From Callorhinchus milii (lineage: Eukaryota), in the NCBI RefSeq assembly GCF_018977255.1, contig NW_024704742.1:54376001-54440000 (forward strand): a DNA stretch of 64,000 bases, written 5' to 3'. The notes beneath the pieces were generated by a model that saw nothing but the letters and a program-made list of their open reading frames with translations, had not been told where the DNA came from and did no database searches. Of this stretch, positions 11,604-24,849 are shown piece by piece. The number at the start of each line of letters is the position of its first letter. Positions within the stretch are counted from its first letter, which is position 1. The translations under genes were made by a program, and so were the position numbers.

Positions 11604-12811
11604 TATCCAACAAATAAGCATAACAAGAACATGTTTACATTTAAATAGTACCTTTCACGTTAGGTGAACCTCCCAGGTGTTTAGGAAACAATAAAGATCT
11701 AACCAATATGTGCATACAATTGTCTTCTGGTTGACAAAGGTAAGGCAATAAAATAGTATTGTAGAAATTCTGAAATAAAAAACTAAATAGTTTTCCTAAG
11801 AGTTCAGCATTAATAAGTTTACTTCTTCAAAAGGGAAATTACAAAGGATAAGACAGACACCAGGTTTCTATCTACAAAATTTGTGGTGAGAGTACTGAAG
11901 CTGATCCACAAACTATTACTGAAGTTCATGAGGTGGTGACAGGAACCACCAGATGGTTTGGCTTCTGCTCAGCATGATTTCATCTTATACAAGATTCCCT
12001 CTGAGATGTCTCTTTTCAATGCTGTAAATTCTTGATTTATTTATTCTGTTCTCTGAGCTCTTCTCTGACGTTGGATTCAAACCACATTGCTTTCTATCTG
12101 CATAATGGATGCATCCCATACATCATTATGTGTTGGCACTTATGTGTAAGCAGGTGAACAAGATTCAGGTGTAATCCACACTCTACAGGAGTTCATCACA
12201 AGTTAAAATCCTTGTTAAAACCATGTAGGGTGTAGAAAGACCCTTTACATTGCAACGGGGATAGATTAAAAGTTCTGACTGATATAAATTCTATAAGTGT
12301 TTCAGACTCAAACAGCATCTCACGTTATATGTGAATGGGAGACTAACAATCTGGAACAGGTTTTGATGGAAACTTTTTCTCCTAAGTCCTATCATATCAA
12401 GCCTGAGGGAAGTGACAGCCAGATTCTTTGGATCAAAGACAGCACAAATCTCTAATGGATCAACAATAATTGTCATGATTTGTTTTATTTTATTAATTCT
12501 GTCTTTCTGTCATGCTGGATAATAATCTTCTTTTGGACTTGGGCTATTTAATTTTCTTAACTTTTTCCGAACATACATGCAGCTTGTAATTTAAATCAAG
12601 TTTTAAGGTACACTCCGGAGTACATATCTTTGCAAGGGAGACATTGGCAAACATTCAAATCAACAAATATACAACCAATCCAACAATATGGGAAACAATA
12701 TAGACAGAAAATCAAAACAAATACGTTGGACCCAGAACATTCTCTCTTCTATTCACAATAACAAAACATTATTCGGTACAAATACATTACCGTCTGAATT
12801 TTCTGTCAGTT

Positions 12812-13089
12812 GGGTGCCTCTCAGCCTCTCAGCCCCTAGGCTCTGGAACTCCATCCCCCAGTGCCTCCGCCTTGCTTCCTCCGTTTCCTCCTTCAAGGCT
12901 GGTCTCAAGACCTTTCTCTTCAACCGTGCCTTCACCTCCCCTCTCAACTCTCTACCCCCTCCTTGCTCCTTCCCTTCCCTCCCCTCACCATTTCCCCCCT
13001 GCTTGGGTCCCGACCCAACTGTCCAGCGCCTTGGGACATCCTCCCGACTTGAAAAGCACTCTATAAATGCAATCTTGTTGTTGTTGTTG
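12812..13089 (+). mobile_element. L2 3' fragment
   Basis: SAPRLWNSIPQCLRLASS..FKAGLKTFLF; stem-loop and (TTG)n tail. Confidence 0.92.
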
Positions 13090-13154
13090 CCTGACATATG
13101 CAGAAATCCTGCACAAAGCTTAAATGTATCAAAACCAGACTGAGAATGCCACAT

Positions 13155-13645
13155 GTTAGGTGTCAGCTTCACTCTGTTGATAGAACTCTCATCTCTGAGT
13201 CAGAAGATTGTGGGTTCAAACGCCATGTCAGGACTTTCAACTCACATAGTTGAGGCTGATACTCCAATAAAGTGCTGGGGCTACACTTCATTGTTAGAGG
13301 TCCTGATGTGAAAGGCATTATACAAATGTAATTTGTTGTTGTTGTTGTATCCTTTGGGTAAGACGTTACACCGGATGTTAAACCAAGGTCAGATGAACAT
13401 TAAAGGTCCCACGGCGCTATTCAAAAAGAAAAGAGTTTTTCCTGGTATTCTGACCAAAATCCCCCACCATCACAAATTTAGTGATTGATTTTCATGGCTG
13501 TTTGTGGGACATTGCTTTTGGCAAATTGACTGCCGTCCTCATGTCAAAATACAGAGTTACTGCACTTTACCGTAAATGTTGTGAAGTGATTTGAAATGTT
13601 CCTCCAAAAGTCATTATATCAAATGTAAAAATTATTGTTGTTATT
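13155..13645 (+). mobile_element. Near full-length Deu-domain SINE with a nested L2 mini-tail at about 13301-13348
   Basis: tRNA-like head (CTGAGTCAGAAGATTGTGGGTTCAAA), Deu core, L2-like tail; TCCTGATGTGAAAGGC...(TTG)n inserted internally. Confidence 0.82.
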
Positions 13646-15679
13646 TATAAGTATGCCACTATGTATAGTGACTAGTTGGTCATTTGACCATTGATGAGCA
13701 AATGTTTGGGCTCTCCTTAAATGGATAACTACCTGGTAAGCAGCACAGCTCAGCATGAAATATGTGAAAGCATTGCCAACTTCCTCCTACTCACAACTCA
13801 GATACACATCCCTGCTCACTGAGCAATGGTTTCACCAGTTGCAAGTGTGGAACTTGAGCAGTAGCTGGTTACCTCTCTTCATATCAATGACAGTGGAAAC
13901 CAAACCTTGGAATATATGAGCATGTGCTCATAGGTAATGCTTTACAGGTAGCTATCATCCCAAGTTTTGTCATCAACTATTTGATGGACATGTATCTTCA
14001 GCATGATGGGAGGACCTAAGCAGGACAGTTTGTGATTTGCCAGACACCTTGCTGTTCCAAATGTCCAAGTCCAATCCGAGGCTTACTCAACACCAACTAC
14101 TTACTCCTTGATCTCATGTGAGGGGCTGTGACAAAGGGACATGCCCACTGTGAAGCTGATTTCTATCTAGAGGGTGCTCAGAAACAGGTCATTGAAGTCC
14201 AGAGTCCCCCCCCCCCCCACCCTGAAGCCATTTACCCTGTTTATTGCACATCCATTGCCTGGTTCTGGACTTCTCAAATGTGCCAAGAAAACCCTTCCAC
14301 TCCATGCTAATGAGCTCAGAACTTTGTTGACTGAGGTAAAAGAACCAAACTGGTTCCTCCAAAAATAAATTGTCCTTCAACTTCTTCAGGCAAATATGTT
14401 TAAAATATTAAACAGTAACTTGTTTAAAACATTAAACAGCAAGTCTTTTTCAAGCTTACAGAATCTTAACCACAAGTCAAGTTACATATTGCATATTCTT
14501 TGATGATTTGTTCTCTGCCTTTCCACTTTTTTATTTTTAACCTATTTTGGTTTCAGATTGTTCCTCATTTATTGCTGCTGTTTTATTCCTTTTGGACTTC
14601 TATTTCTGTATCTCTTGTGCTTTTTTGGGGTGTCAGCCGAACACATGCAGAAACCCATCACCATGCTTAAAAGTACCCAAAACTGATTGAGAGTTGCATG
14701 CCTGCTATCTATACATAGAAATTTCCATGTCTGAAATGGAATGCTCACTCTCTCCATAGAGGAACACATCCTATTTACCTTATTCCAGAGAGTATAAGGC
14801 ACAGATTGGCAAGAAATAAGGCTTGTGGACTCCAGAATATGTGTTGGGGTACTGCTCAATCAACTAAAACTGCATTGAAAGCTTACTACTATTTGACAAG
14901 CTTCCCACTGCTTGTCTGCCTAGGGCCACCCTAGTTGTTCGGGCTTTGGTTTGCAGGATTAACGGGAGTTGAATGGGACGATTTCCTGCCCCAATATTTA
15001 TCTTGCGTTTACCTATTCTTTAGTATACAATGCTCTGGGGAGGATGCAAATGGTTAATTTTTTGTTCCTAAATACAGTTAGACATGTTCAAGAAACCACC
15101 TCCATTCAGCAACCACCCTGGAGCAGCCAAGACAGCTACTTCACATACCAATGAACCCTTATTCAGAGGTCATCTTTATATAAAAGCTACTTTGGCCCAA
15201 TCCCCTGAGTGGTTGTTGAAAACAGGTTTGACTGTGCTTGTATTGACTTAACTTGTCCTTGTACTAGTTTGGTTTCCTTTAAGTTATGATTTTTTAATGT
15301 AAAATATGACTTAAATTTTCCCATGAGTTGTCACAGTTGCATATGTGACAGTTGCGTGACAAAGACCAGTGAATGTGCTGCCAAGTCATCATGTCACAGA
15401 GAACAGGCTGACAAAAGTTAACATCTGCTACATCACTGATTACTATAGCTTCCAGGCAGTATTGTTAAATGTCTGTATCTTATAGTTTATAAGCAGTGAC
15501 TTCACGTAGCAATGTGATGATCCTTTCAGCTAAAGTACAAATTACTGCTCAAAGTTAACTTGTTTAGCAATGCAGTTCAAACAAATTAGGGTGTTTTTCT
15601 GCTATCCTATGTAATCCAACTTCTGTCTTTCTAATCCATTCATTTTAAAAATTTAGATTCTTATTTAGATTTTACTGGA

Positions 15680-15965
15680 ACTTTGCCATACTTTGGATAA
15701 AACGTTAAACCAAGGTCCTGGCTGCCTGTTCAGGTGGATGTTAAAGATCCAATGCACAACTCCAAAAAGTTTCTCCCGATGGCCTGGCCAACAATCTCCC
15801 GAATAAGATCGGTCATTCAATTCATGTCTTTTTGTGTTCATTGGATAAATTAGCTGCTGTGGGCGAACAAAGTCACTGCACAGCATATGTGATGAAGTGC
15901 TTTGGGATGTCCTCTTTATATGAAAGGTACTATGCCAAGTGAAAGGATTATTATTTTTTATTATT
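15680..15965 (+). mobile_element. Deu-domain SINE fragment
   Basis: GTTAAACCAAGGTCCTGGCTGCCTGTTCAGGTGGATGTTAAAGATCC core and TTA tail. Confidence 0.78.
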
Positions 15966-17069
15966 ACATTTTACTAGAAATGTCAGGTGAGAAATTCTAC
16001 CGGCCCTAGATTTATTTATTTTATTTTATTAGCATTTCAGAGCTTTCAGAATTTGTTAAATTGTTGAATTTATTCTTAACTTTGAAGCCAGTTTTCCTAT
16101 GGAGCACTTTGGGACTATATCAAATTTAAGAATTATTCTTCCTAGTATATTTAGTTCCCCATTGGACTAACCAACCATTTTAAGTAGTTCTCATTATTTT
16201 CTCCACTTTCTGTACAGCCCAATTCCTTTGTACTTTACAAAGATGAACTCTATGCCTTATTAATTATTTCAAATTCCTGTCTTGTGAAGATGCCACTCAT
16301 TAGTACATTCAAACAGAATGCACTGAAGGCAATGTATTTATACACCAACATGATTTGACTCTGTTGTAGCAATTTTATCTTAGCAAGAAATAATACAAAA
16401 GGCATGTCACTTTAATAGATTTTATAAACAACTGATAAAATTCCCAGGATCATCAATCGAAGCATATCTTAGCTTCACTTATATAGAAACATCATAATAT
16501 TTAACACAGAAAGAAGCAGTTCAACCATTATGTCTGTATCACTGTTTCCTGCTTTCATAAATTACCTTTCATTATTTATCAAACTTTCCCCTTTTTTTCC
16601 ATATATCTCAATGTTTTTCTTTGTCAGCTGCTTATTTCAGAAACTACCAATGATTGTTTTTCCCTGAATCTTTCGACACAAAATGTACCAGTGCCTCTGA
16701 AGAGCTTACTTCCCCTCATTAAGAAAGCCTCAGGCTTTGAATTATTTTGTTAAATGTAATATTGAGATGTCTTATACGGTACACACAGATAATTACTAAC
16801 TTCGTAAATGGCATATGCTTAGCCAATTAACCAACCTTTACTCGGTCACCCGTAGGCACGTGAAATGAACACAATACTTAAATGTTCACTGTTACCATGA
16901 AGATTCACCTTATAACCGCTCAAGTGTTTCATATCTATTGTGGTGTTACTTTGAAGGTTAGTGCACCACATGTAACAGATATTCTGCTTTTTTGAGGATA
17001 ATCTGGATGAAGGAAAAATGGCTAGTTGATTGTGAAAACTCGTTTCTCTTTACCAATCTTCTTCAAAAT

Positions 17070-17275
17070 AGGACACTTAATATCCACCTGAACATGCATA
17101 CATGCTTTTAGTTTCAAGTCTCACCTGAACTATAGTACCTTACATTATGCCAACATTCTCTAAATAATACACATAAGTGACAACCCCCAGATTATGAGCT
17201 TGAATCCTGATTTTAATCGACTGTCTTCACATACAGAAGTGAAAGTGCTACCAACTGAGACGAACTGACACCTGA
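17070..17275 (-). mobile_element. Deu-domain SINE 5' fragment, old
   Basis: TCCACCTGAACA...GAAAGTGCTACCAACTGAG...CTGACACCT matches the reverse head of the 13155 copy. Confidence 0.6.
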
Positions 17276-18324
17276 CACAGCTGAACCACTGCAATATAAA
17301 TGCAGCATGCAGTATATTCAGTTTCTATTGCCTTATTCATTAATTACTGGAACTTGCTCTCTTCCACATTCAGTGTAGAAATGCATATTCCTTTATCTTT
17401 ACACTTCTTTCCATCAGGTGTTAATGGCTGCAATGCAACTCCCCTAATGACAGCAAAAAACATATTATGTAAAAATAAAGCCATTTAGATGCATTTCTGA
17501 CAGATTTACTTCCACATGCTGTTAGAGTACATTGCAGAATAATGTCTTCACAGGCACATTTCCAAAACACATTGGAGGATTGCACAAGTTTCAGAGAAGA
17601 ATAACAAGAATGATTACATGGCCTAAAACTTTAGCACTAAAACATCATGTTGAGGGTTTCCTATTATTTTCTTCTGTGCAGGCTCGAAACCTTTGAAATA
17701 GTATTTTGTTTTGCAATCTATCTAAATAATGATGGCAGAAGGAGTAAGAAGGATGGGTGCAAAGTTGCTTGGGTTTTGTTTCATTGCATTGGACTTTAGG
17801 GAGCTTTAATGTAGATTTTTTTCCAAGTATGAAGCCAGCTCACAAACAGGCTGCATTGTTGCCATTGCAGGGATTTTTGGGGGGCTAGTTGTCTGAGACA
17901 TGCAGAAACCCATCACCATGCACCGTCCTCCAGAGATAAAACTCACCAAAGAGGCATTATATCCCCCTCAATACCTCTTTCTCTCCCTCTTCCCCGCCTC
18001 TCTTCATCCCTCTTTATCCCAATCTGCCGCGGGAGTCACTATCTACAGCAACAGGAGCTGGTGGTTGCTAAGGACATGGTTGATAAGAGACGCGCTTGCC
18101 TTCCTGACAGACTTCAGCAGTGGCTAGTATTATTTCCCCTCACCTCGCTGCGTCCTCCAATCTGCCTGCACCTGCCACTGCCCTGGGAAAATGTTCACCA
18201 GGGAAAATGGGAGGGAGCAGAATTTGTAATGTTGGAAATGGTCTTGGGCAGGATAAAATCACATGCTGTGCCGGATGTGGCCCAAGGGCTACCAGTTGGA
18301 CCACACTGGTGTAGGCTAAAACTT

Positions 18325-18510
18325 TAGCACAGTATAAGAGGAGTGCTGCATTGTTAGAGGTCCCATCCTTTCGATGAGGCGTCTACCTGTTCAGGAGGAT
18401 GTTAAAGATCCTAAGGTGCTATTTGAAAAGAGAAGGGAGTTTCTCGCAGTGTCCTGGCCAACAATTCCTCTGATAAAATTGATCATTCACTTCATGACTG
18501 TTCATATGAC
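18325..18510 (+). mobile_element. Deu-domain SINE fragment
   Basis: GGAGTGCTGCATTGTTAGAGG...CCTGTTCAGGAGGATGTTAAAGATCC...GTGTCCTGGCCAACA. Confidence 0.75.
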
Positions 18511-19168
18511 ATTACAAGCGCCCTGGGACATCCCAGCAGCCTGGAACGTGTTGGCAGCCATGGGTATTTTATGAGATATTCATTGTATAAATCATCACAT
18601 CAACTACATTATGAAACGTTACTGATTTCATCCCTATAATACTGATCTAGTGTCCATATTATACCATTCTGTCAATAATAGAAACAGATTGCACTACATA
18701 AACTTTGGAATAAAAATAAAAATCTAACAAAGTAAATGGGATTGCCATCATCAGATCTATTCAAATAAAGCCATACTGTGCTTTGTTCACCTACACTTCG
18801 TCTTATCTGGTCTCTAGGTGTAAGGTTGATTCCTGCCTGTCGCAACAGAAAATCAAACAAAAGTTTAAAGTATGCTTCAAAATTGTACCTCAGTACTTAA
18901 AACATGGATCTCATTTATCCCCTGGTCTATGACATATTGATCTATAAACAAGCTACAAGCATTGCTTTTGTTCAGTTAGAACAACTAAATGTTGACTTTT
19001 CAAGCTTTTGATGGGTGTTTGACAAGATCATACCAGATTTACCAGTCAGTCAGAAGCTGTCTTTGGAATAAAACTCATCTCGGTCTTTTGATTCCCTCAG
19101 AAAAGAAATAAAGACAAACATATTTTCAACAAGTTTCTTAAGCAATGTAAGAAAACAAGTTCAAAATA

Positions 19169-19531
19169 TGGAGTTCTGTAGCTCAGTGGTTAGAGCACTC
19201 GCCTCGCAAGCGAGAGAACTGGGTTTGCTTCCCGGTAGGGTAAAACGTTGGGCAAGTTTCCTTACTCCACATGCCTCTGTTTATCTAGCAGTAAGTAAAA
19301 ACCTGGTTGTTAGTCGATTGATGGATCGCTTTTCCAGGGGTAATAATTCCTTTTAAAAAAAATTGGTCACTCAATGACTGTTTGTGGGACACTGTTGTGC
19401 GCAATTGGCAACTGCATTTCGCTCACAAAATATGCAGTCAATTCACTTTACAGTATATTCTATGAAGCGCTTTGAGATGACTCGAAGATTTGGTAAGGCT
19501 CTGTAGCAAATGCAAGGATTATTGTTATTAT
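19169..19531 (+). mobile_element. Full-length tRNA-derived SINE (long variant)
   Basis: Head TGTAGCTCAGTGGTTAGAGCACTCGC; extra internal segment CTGTTTATCTAGCAGTAAGT...GATCGCTTTTCCAGGGG. Confidence 0.93.
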
Positions 19532-19562
19532 ATACAGCAAAACACTTGCATTTATATAGCAC

Positions 19563-20117
19563 AAGGCTTGACTATGCTAACTCCCTGCTTGCCAGACTTC
19601 TCAAATGTTTTCTTCACCAGCTGCAGATTATTCAGAACACTGCTGCTCATGTCTTCAATTGCACCAAATCCATTAGTCAATCATTCCCATCCTGTCTGGC
19701 TTCACTGAGTTCCTATCCGCCAGAGGATCGAGTTCAAGATCACCCTTAAAGCCCTCCGTGCTTTACCCCTCCTTATCTCTGTGACCTGCTAAAACCTTAT
19801 CAAGCTCTGCACTCCTTCTACTCGGCAGGCACTAGCGTGCTCCATTTTCCCCCTTCCACTCCACATGGGTGGTCAGGCTTTTAGCTTTTCTGCCCCATCT
19901 TCTGAAATTCCAGATCTTTTGCCTCCTTTAAGGCCCATTTCAAGATCTTTGACTGCGCCGTTGGTCTTCCTCTCACCCAACCCCTTGCTTTCAACCCTAG
20001 CTAGGATGCAAACCCTTGGCTGTTCAGTGCCTTGGGATATCCTCCCAACTTGAAAGGTTCTATATATATATATATATACATACAATTTGTTTCTGTTGTT
20101 ATTACTGTTGTTGTTAG
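19563..20117 (+). mobile_element. Old L2 3' fragment
   Basis: RLDYANSLLA..LHQLQIIQN; stem-loop with a (TA)n expansion, then TTG tail. Confidence 0.85.
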
Positions 20118-20539
20118 CTGCTTTTCTTCATGACTGATGTGAGCAATTCAGTTTTGGGTACAAGGCCGTTCTGATCAGTATATATGGGATCCTAACACAA
20201 GGAAGACTTTTGTGGTTAACCTTTTTCTGTTATAACCACTTTTTAAGTTTGCTGGCACCACGTGGGTAATTAATCCTATCTGCTATCTTGTTACAAGTGA
20301 CAAATTGGCCTTGTGTTGGTGTCCATTTTGGTTAATTCTTTGGTAGCATTTCTTTTACACATTGGTTTGCCAATCCTGATTTTTCTCAATAATCTTGACT
20401 ATTTTGTTTTGTTTAAGAGGTATTTATTTTACTTATGTTTTGTAGCAATGGAACTCAAATTCAAGACTTGAATATGAGATTTATCCTTCAGCTGCAGAAG
20501 CACTGGTGGAAGTGGCACTGAAAAGGAGAGAGGATCTCC

Positions 20540-20980
20540 AGGGGAACGCTGCTTTTGGTGGAGTTGCTGTCCTTTGGGTGGCATGTTAACTAAGATCCCG
20601 TCTGCCTGTTCAACAACAACAACAAGATTCCATTTATAAAGCGCCTTTCACGTCAGGAGGACGTCCCAAGGCGCTGCACAGTTGGGTCATGACCCGAGCA
20701 GGGGGGAAATGGTCAGGGTGAGGGGAGGGGAGGGAGCGAGGAGGGGGGATCAATAGATTTCATGAAACTATCTGAAAAGAGAAGAGAGTTACTCCCAGTG
20801 TCTTGGCCAAATTAAATTGATAATACATTTCATGTCTGTTTGTGGGACATTGCTGTGTACAATTTGGCTGCATTGTTCACACACATGATACACAGTCACT
20901 CCCCATTATGTTATATCCTGTGAAAAGCTTTGAAACATCCTTCCAACGTAATGGGCACTATATCTATTGTAAGGCTTATT
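20540..20980 (+). mobile_element. Deu-domain SINE interrupted by a young L2 tail
   Basis: Deu core breaks at CCTGTTC (20611) and resumes near 20750 (GATTTCATG..AAAAGAGAAGAGAGTT..GTGTCTTGGCCAA). Confidence 0.72.
20611..20748 (-). mobile_element. Young L2 3' terminus (about 140 bp)
   Basis: Near-identical to the reverse complement of 38900-39042. Confidence 0.93.
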
Positions 20981-21582
20981 TTTTTTTATCACAGAAACTG
21001 GCTGGCAAGTCTGGAATGAGTGCTATCAAAACCACCATCTCACCTCAATATTGGGTTGTGATTTAATGGATCAAACAAAGTGTTAAGACAAGAATCCACT
21101 GTATAATGTGCACACAATAACTGTTTGGGAGTTCATTTCCCAGGCCTGTCAAAACCACAGGTGACTTCTATCTATCAGAACTGCATGGCACAAGATGACA
21201 ATATCAATGACAGACTTCAGATATTGCCGAGGTTGATGAATCTGCTGGATGTTACATATAACTGTTCTGAAATCACAAGTGAAGAAGTCTTCACACCTGA
21301 TCACAGCAGGCTTTGATCAGTGGGAGATTTCTAATAACAATGCGTTTGCAAAGGTGGAGGGAATGAAATGTTCAGAGATTAACCACGAAAAACAAGGAAA
21401 GAACTTTAAAGAAATATATTTGTTTAAATTTAACACTTTCAACATGTTTTTGTTTTCATTTAAACATTTTAACATAATGCATGTATCATTAACCAAAATG
21501 TGTGCATACATTGAAACACAGTCTGAATTACATATCATGCTTCTGTTCCTTTTCCGTGCATGTATCTCATTATGGAGTTATT

Positions 21583-21916
21583 GTGGAGTCCTGTAGCTCA
21601 GCCGTTAGAGCACTCACCTCACAAGCAGGAGACCTGGGATCGATTCCTGGCAGGGTGAAATGTTTCCTTACTCCACACGCCTTTGTTAACCTAGCACCAA
21701 GTAGGAACCCAGTTGTCAGTTGATTGACAGATCACTTTTCTGGGGGTAATAATTCCTTCAAAAAAAAATTTTGGTCACTTCATTCCATGACTGTTTGTGG
21801 GACAATTCTGTGTGCAATTGGCTGCTGCATTTTGCCCACAAAATATACAGTATATTTTGTGAAGCCTTGAAGATGTGATAAAGTGCTATATCAAATGCAA
21901 GGATTATTATTATTAT
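21583..21916 (+). mobile_element. tRNA-derived SINE (long variant)
   Basis: GTGGAGTCCTGTAGCTCAG head, long internal segment, (TTA)n tail. Confidence 0.92.
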
Positions 21917-22719
21917 GGATATTTAACACTGCCATTTCTCCTCTGCATTTCAGTGCTCTAGAATGTCACCTTATATCTGTTTCTAATAGTTTTCATCAAC
22001 ACGTGCAATTTACCTGCAAAATAGAATTAGAAGGGAATTCATGAGGCACAAATACAGTAATATACAGTCACAAATGGCTGGGGAAATGAAGTTGCAATAC
22101 AAGAACATGCAAAATAGGTCAAAATTATGATATATGCAGACAATTATTTAACTATCACCAATTTTAGTTAAGAACACAACAACAAAGTGTCCTTATGACA
22201 GGTTTGGGACTGAACCACACTCTTTGTAAGACAGGGAAAGCTTACGCTCAGGATATAGAGAGTACTGGATTCATTCTTCTTTGACCCCTCTCCAATGCAT
22301 CTAAGTTCTTTGACAGTAGGGTACCCAAAATTACAAGTAAGCTTCTAAGCATGACATCTCCAGTAAGATATAATGCTAATCTGAATGGACTCTCATTTAA
22401 ATTGTCTGAGTTTGAATCCTCGCCTGGATGATATATGAATCTGAGTACTCTCTGTGCAACACATCATCAGATTTCACAGAGACACTCATATGGTTTTAGT
22501 TTCCCTAAAAGATACACAGTTGCTACCCTTTAACAATAAATCTTATGAAGTATTTTGAGATGTCATCAAGCTGACCTATGCTGTCTCACAAGTCAGATAA
22601 TTACACAATGGAAGTATTTTAGTGTAGCTGAATTACTCGTTAATTTCATATAAAGTAGCATAATTAACATTCACAGGAAACAATCAGAACTTGAATAGAT
22701 AAAGCTAGGGTGAATAACA

Positions 22720-22990
22720 AGTTTATTTGGGGGGATTGTTGGCCAGAACTCCCTTCTCGTTTTGAATAGTTCCACAGTATCTTTAATGTCCACCTGAACA
22801 AGCACAGCCGGAATCCCAGTTTAACATTTCATGCAAAGGATAATACCTCCAATAATGCATGGGATCCCTAGCACTGCATTGGAATATCAGCCTTGACTAT
22901 TTGAGTTTCAAATCCTGATGTGGGGCTTGAAGGATTGCATCTCTGACAATTCAGACCTTCCCTCCCCAGCACTACACAGGAGTGTCAGCC
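22720..22990 (-). mobile_element. Deu-domain SINE fragment
   Basis: TTTTGAATAG...CTTTAATGTCCACCTGAACA...GTTTAACATTTCAT...GCACTGCATTGGAATATCAGCC. Confidence 0.75.
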
Positions 22991-23499
22991 TATCTACTGT
23001 TCCTAAACCATAAAGATAATTATTATTATTCAGTTTCCAGTTTCCTAATAATTGCTGTTCAAATTGCCTTCCTCCAAACAGGACTGCTATTTTATGAAAA
23101 TGTTCTGATTTTTGCATTAGTTCACAATGGTGCTTTTTGCAGGAGGTGATAAAATATGTTTCTGCAGTGGTTTAATGTGGTTTAAAGACAATTATTGGAT
23201 TACTTTTACTTCTAAAGTAAAATTTACAATTCACTTTTGGTGTACAGAAATATTTCATAACCTGTGCTTGGAACAAAAGGTCTATACATAAAGCATCTTT
23301 AGTCTCCATTTTTTTAAATGAAGTTTATGATTCTGAGTCAAGCGTCCTTTTTTCAGCTCTTAAATAAATACATATATGTTTGCTGAATAGGGTTCATGTG
23401 AGTGGTACTGTATAAGACATTTATGAAAATGTGGTGCAAATCTTTACAATTTGATACTTTTTCCAAAAATAAACCAGGACTAGGAGTCAGTATTGTAAC

Positions 23500-23830
23500 T
23501 TCCTGTAGTTGAATGTCAACAAGACTGAGGCCCTCCTGCTTGGTTTCCATCAGCATCTCCATACTCGGGCGCTGACAGCATCTCCCTCCATCTCTACATC
23601 CCACAGAGCCAATACAGAACCTTGACATTCTGTTCAACCCTCAACTATCTTTCATACCCCACCTCCTTGCCATGATCCGAACCGCCTTCTTCCCACCTCT
23701 GCAACATCGCCTGGCTCCGCTACTGTCTCACACCACAGGCCGCTGAGACCTTCATAAATGCATTCATAACATCCAGGTTTGACTACGCCTGCTTGTTGGC
23801 CACCTGAACTCCTCCCTTAACAGACTGCAG
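23500..23830 (+). mobile_element. L2 ORF2 internal fragment
   Basis: GTTGAATGTCAACAAGACTGAGGCCCTCCTG (LNVNKTEALL), colinear with 6975-7320. Confidence 0.85.
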
Positions 23831-23989
23831 TTGCACAGAGCTATCCGATTCTGAATGTTTAATGCGTAAATCAGAAGTAAAGGGAAGATCTCTAGGACTC
23901 TTATTAAAGTAGGGGAACGGATCATTGCAATTAATATGTATCGACTTAATCAAGATGCTTCATTCAACAGTTTATTTATACAATAATAA

Positions 23990-24180
23990 TAAATAACAAT
24001 AATCCTTGGATTTGGTGTAGGGCCTTCAAGTCGTCTCAAAGCACTTCACAGGATATATTGTTAAGTATATTTGTAGGCAATTGGGGCAGCCAATTGCGCA
24101 CAGCAGTGTCCCACAGAAAGCCATGGAGTGAGTGATCAATTTTATTTGGGGGAATGTTGGTCAGGACCCTGGAAAAAACT
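23990..24180 (-). mobile_element. Deu-domain SINE 3' fragment
   Basis: AATAATCCTTGGATTTG tail and GCAGCCAATTGCGCACAGCAGTGTCCCACAG. Confidence 0.72.
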
Positions 24181-24849
24181 GCCGTTAAAGAGAAACTAAT
24201 ATGAACTCATACAGAAACTAATATGAAGCTGCTATCAAAGGTTGAATCAAATATTGTGTTAGTTGCAATGATGTTCAAGACACATTCTTATATATCAAGA
24301 ACATTAACTTTCTGAAAGGGCTCACTTGCATGCTCAATCATCTGTCAGTTAACTCGTCAAAGAACTCCAGCAGATTTGTGGGCCATTACCCATATCTTAT
24401 AAATATATGCTGGTTGCTCCTTTATACAATACATTTGCATTTATGAGGCATCTTTCATGTCGGGAAGTGTCCCAAAGAGCTTAACACTGCACACTAGGGG
24501 TGGAAGACAAATGGATAGGGAGGGGAAAGATGACTGAAAACAGGGTCAAAGAGCTACTTCAGCTTCCCATACTCTTGCTTTTCTTTTTCTCAAAGTTATT
24601 TGACTCGTTTTGCCTTGGGCTGGGTTTCCAATTCCAATGAAATAAGATACTGTAAATTGCAAAATCAATGCACATTGGAAAGTCTTAGATTGGTCTGGGT
24701 AAATTAGCATTTTGATTAATGGATATAGCCAGATAACATGGTCTGGCAATGAGAACACTGTCTGCAAGCTTCTCACTGCTTGTCCAGTTCAGACACTCTA
24801 CCTTAAGGCTTTGCTTTGAAGGGTTAAGAGTTGAGTGTGAAGGACAATA

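Noticed and set aside
13914..13932. Short palindromes and small tandem duplications (also 12612, 14397-14440, 24191-24227)
   Set aside because: Arms of 8 bp or less, or simple slippage duplicates, are expected by chance in 64 kb.
14521..14690. Strong-looking splice acceptor (TTTTGGTTTCAG at 14556) followed by a hydrophobic frame
   Set aside because: Frames stop within about 45 codons, no clear donor, no recognisable protein; T-richness explains the hydrophobicity.
14920..15125. Possible hAT/MITE relic starting TAGGGCCACC
   Set aside because: No matching inverted terminus or target-site duplication could be identified.
21125..21316. 63-aa ORF in unique sequence (also 63368-63586 and about 58630-58720)
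   Set aside because: Short, no recognisable motif, and within chance expectation.
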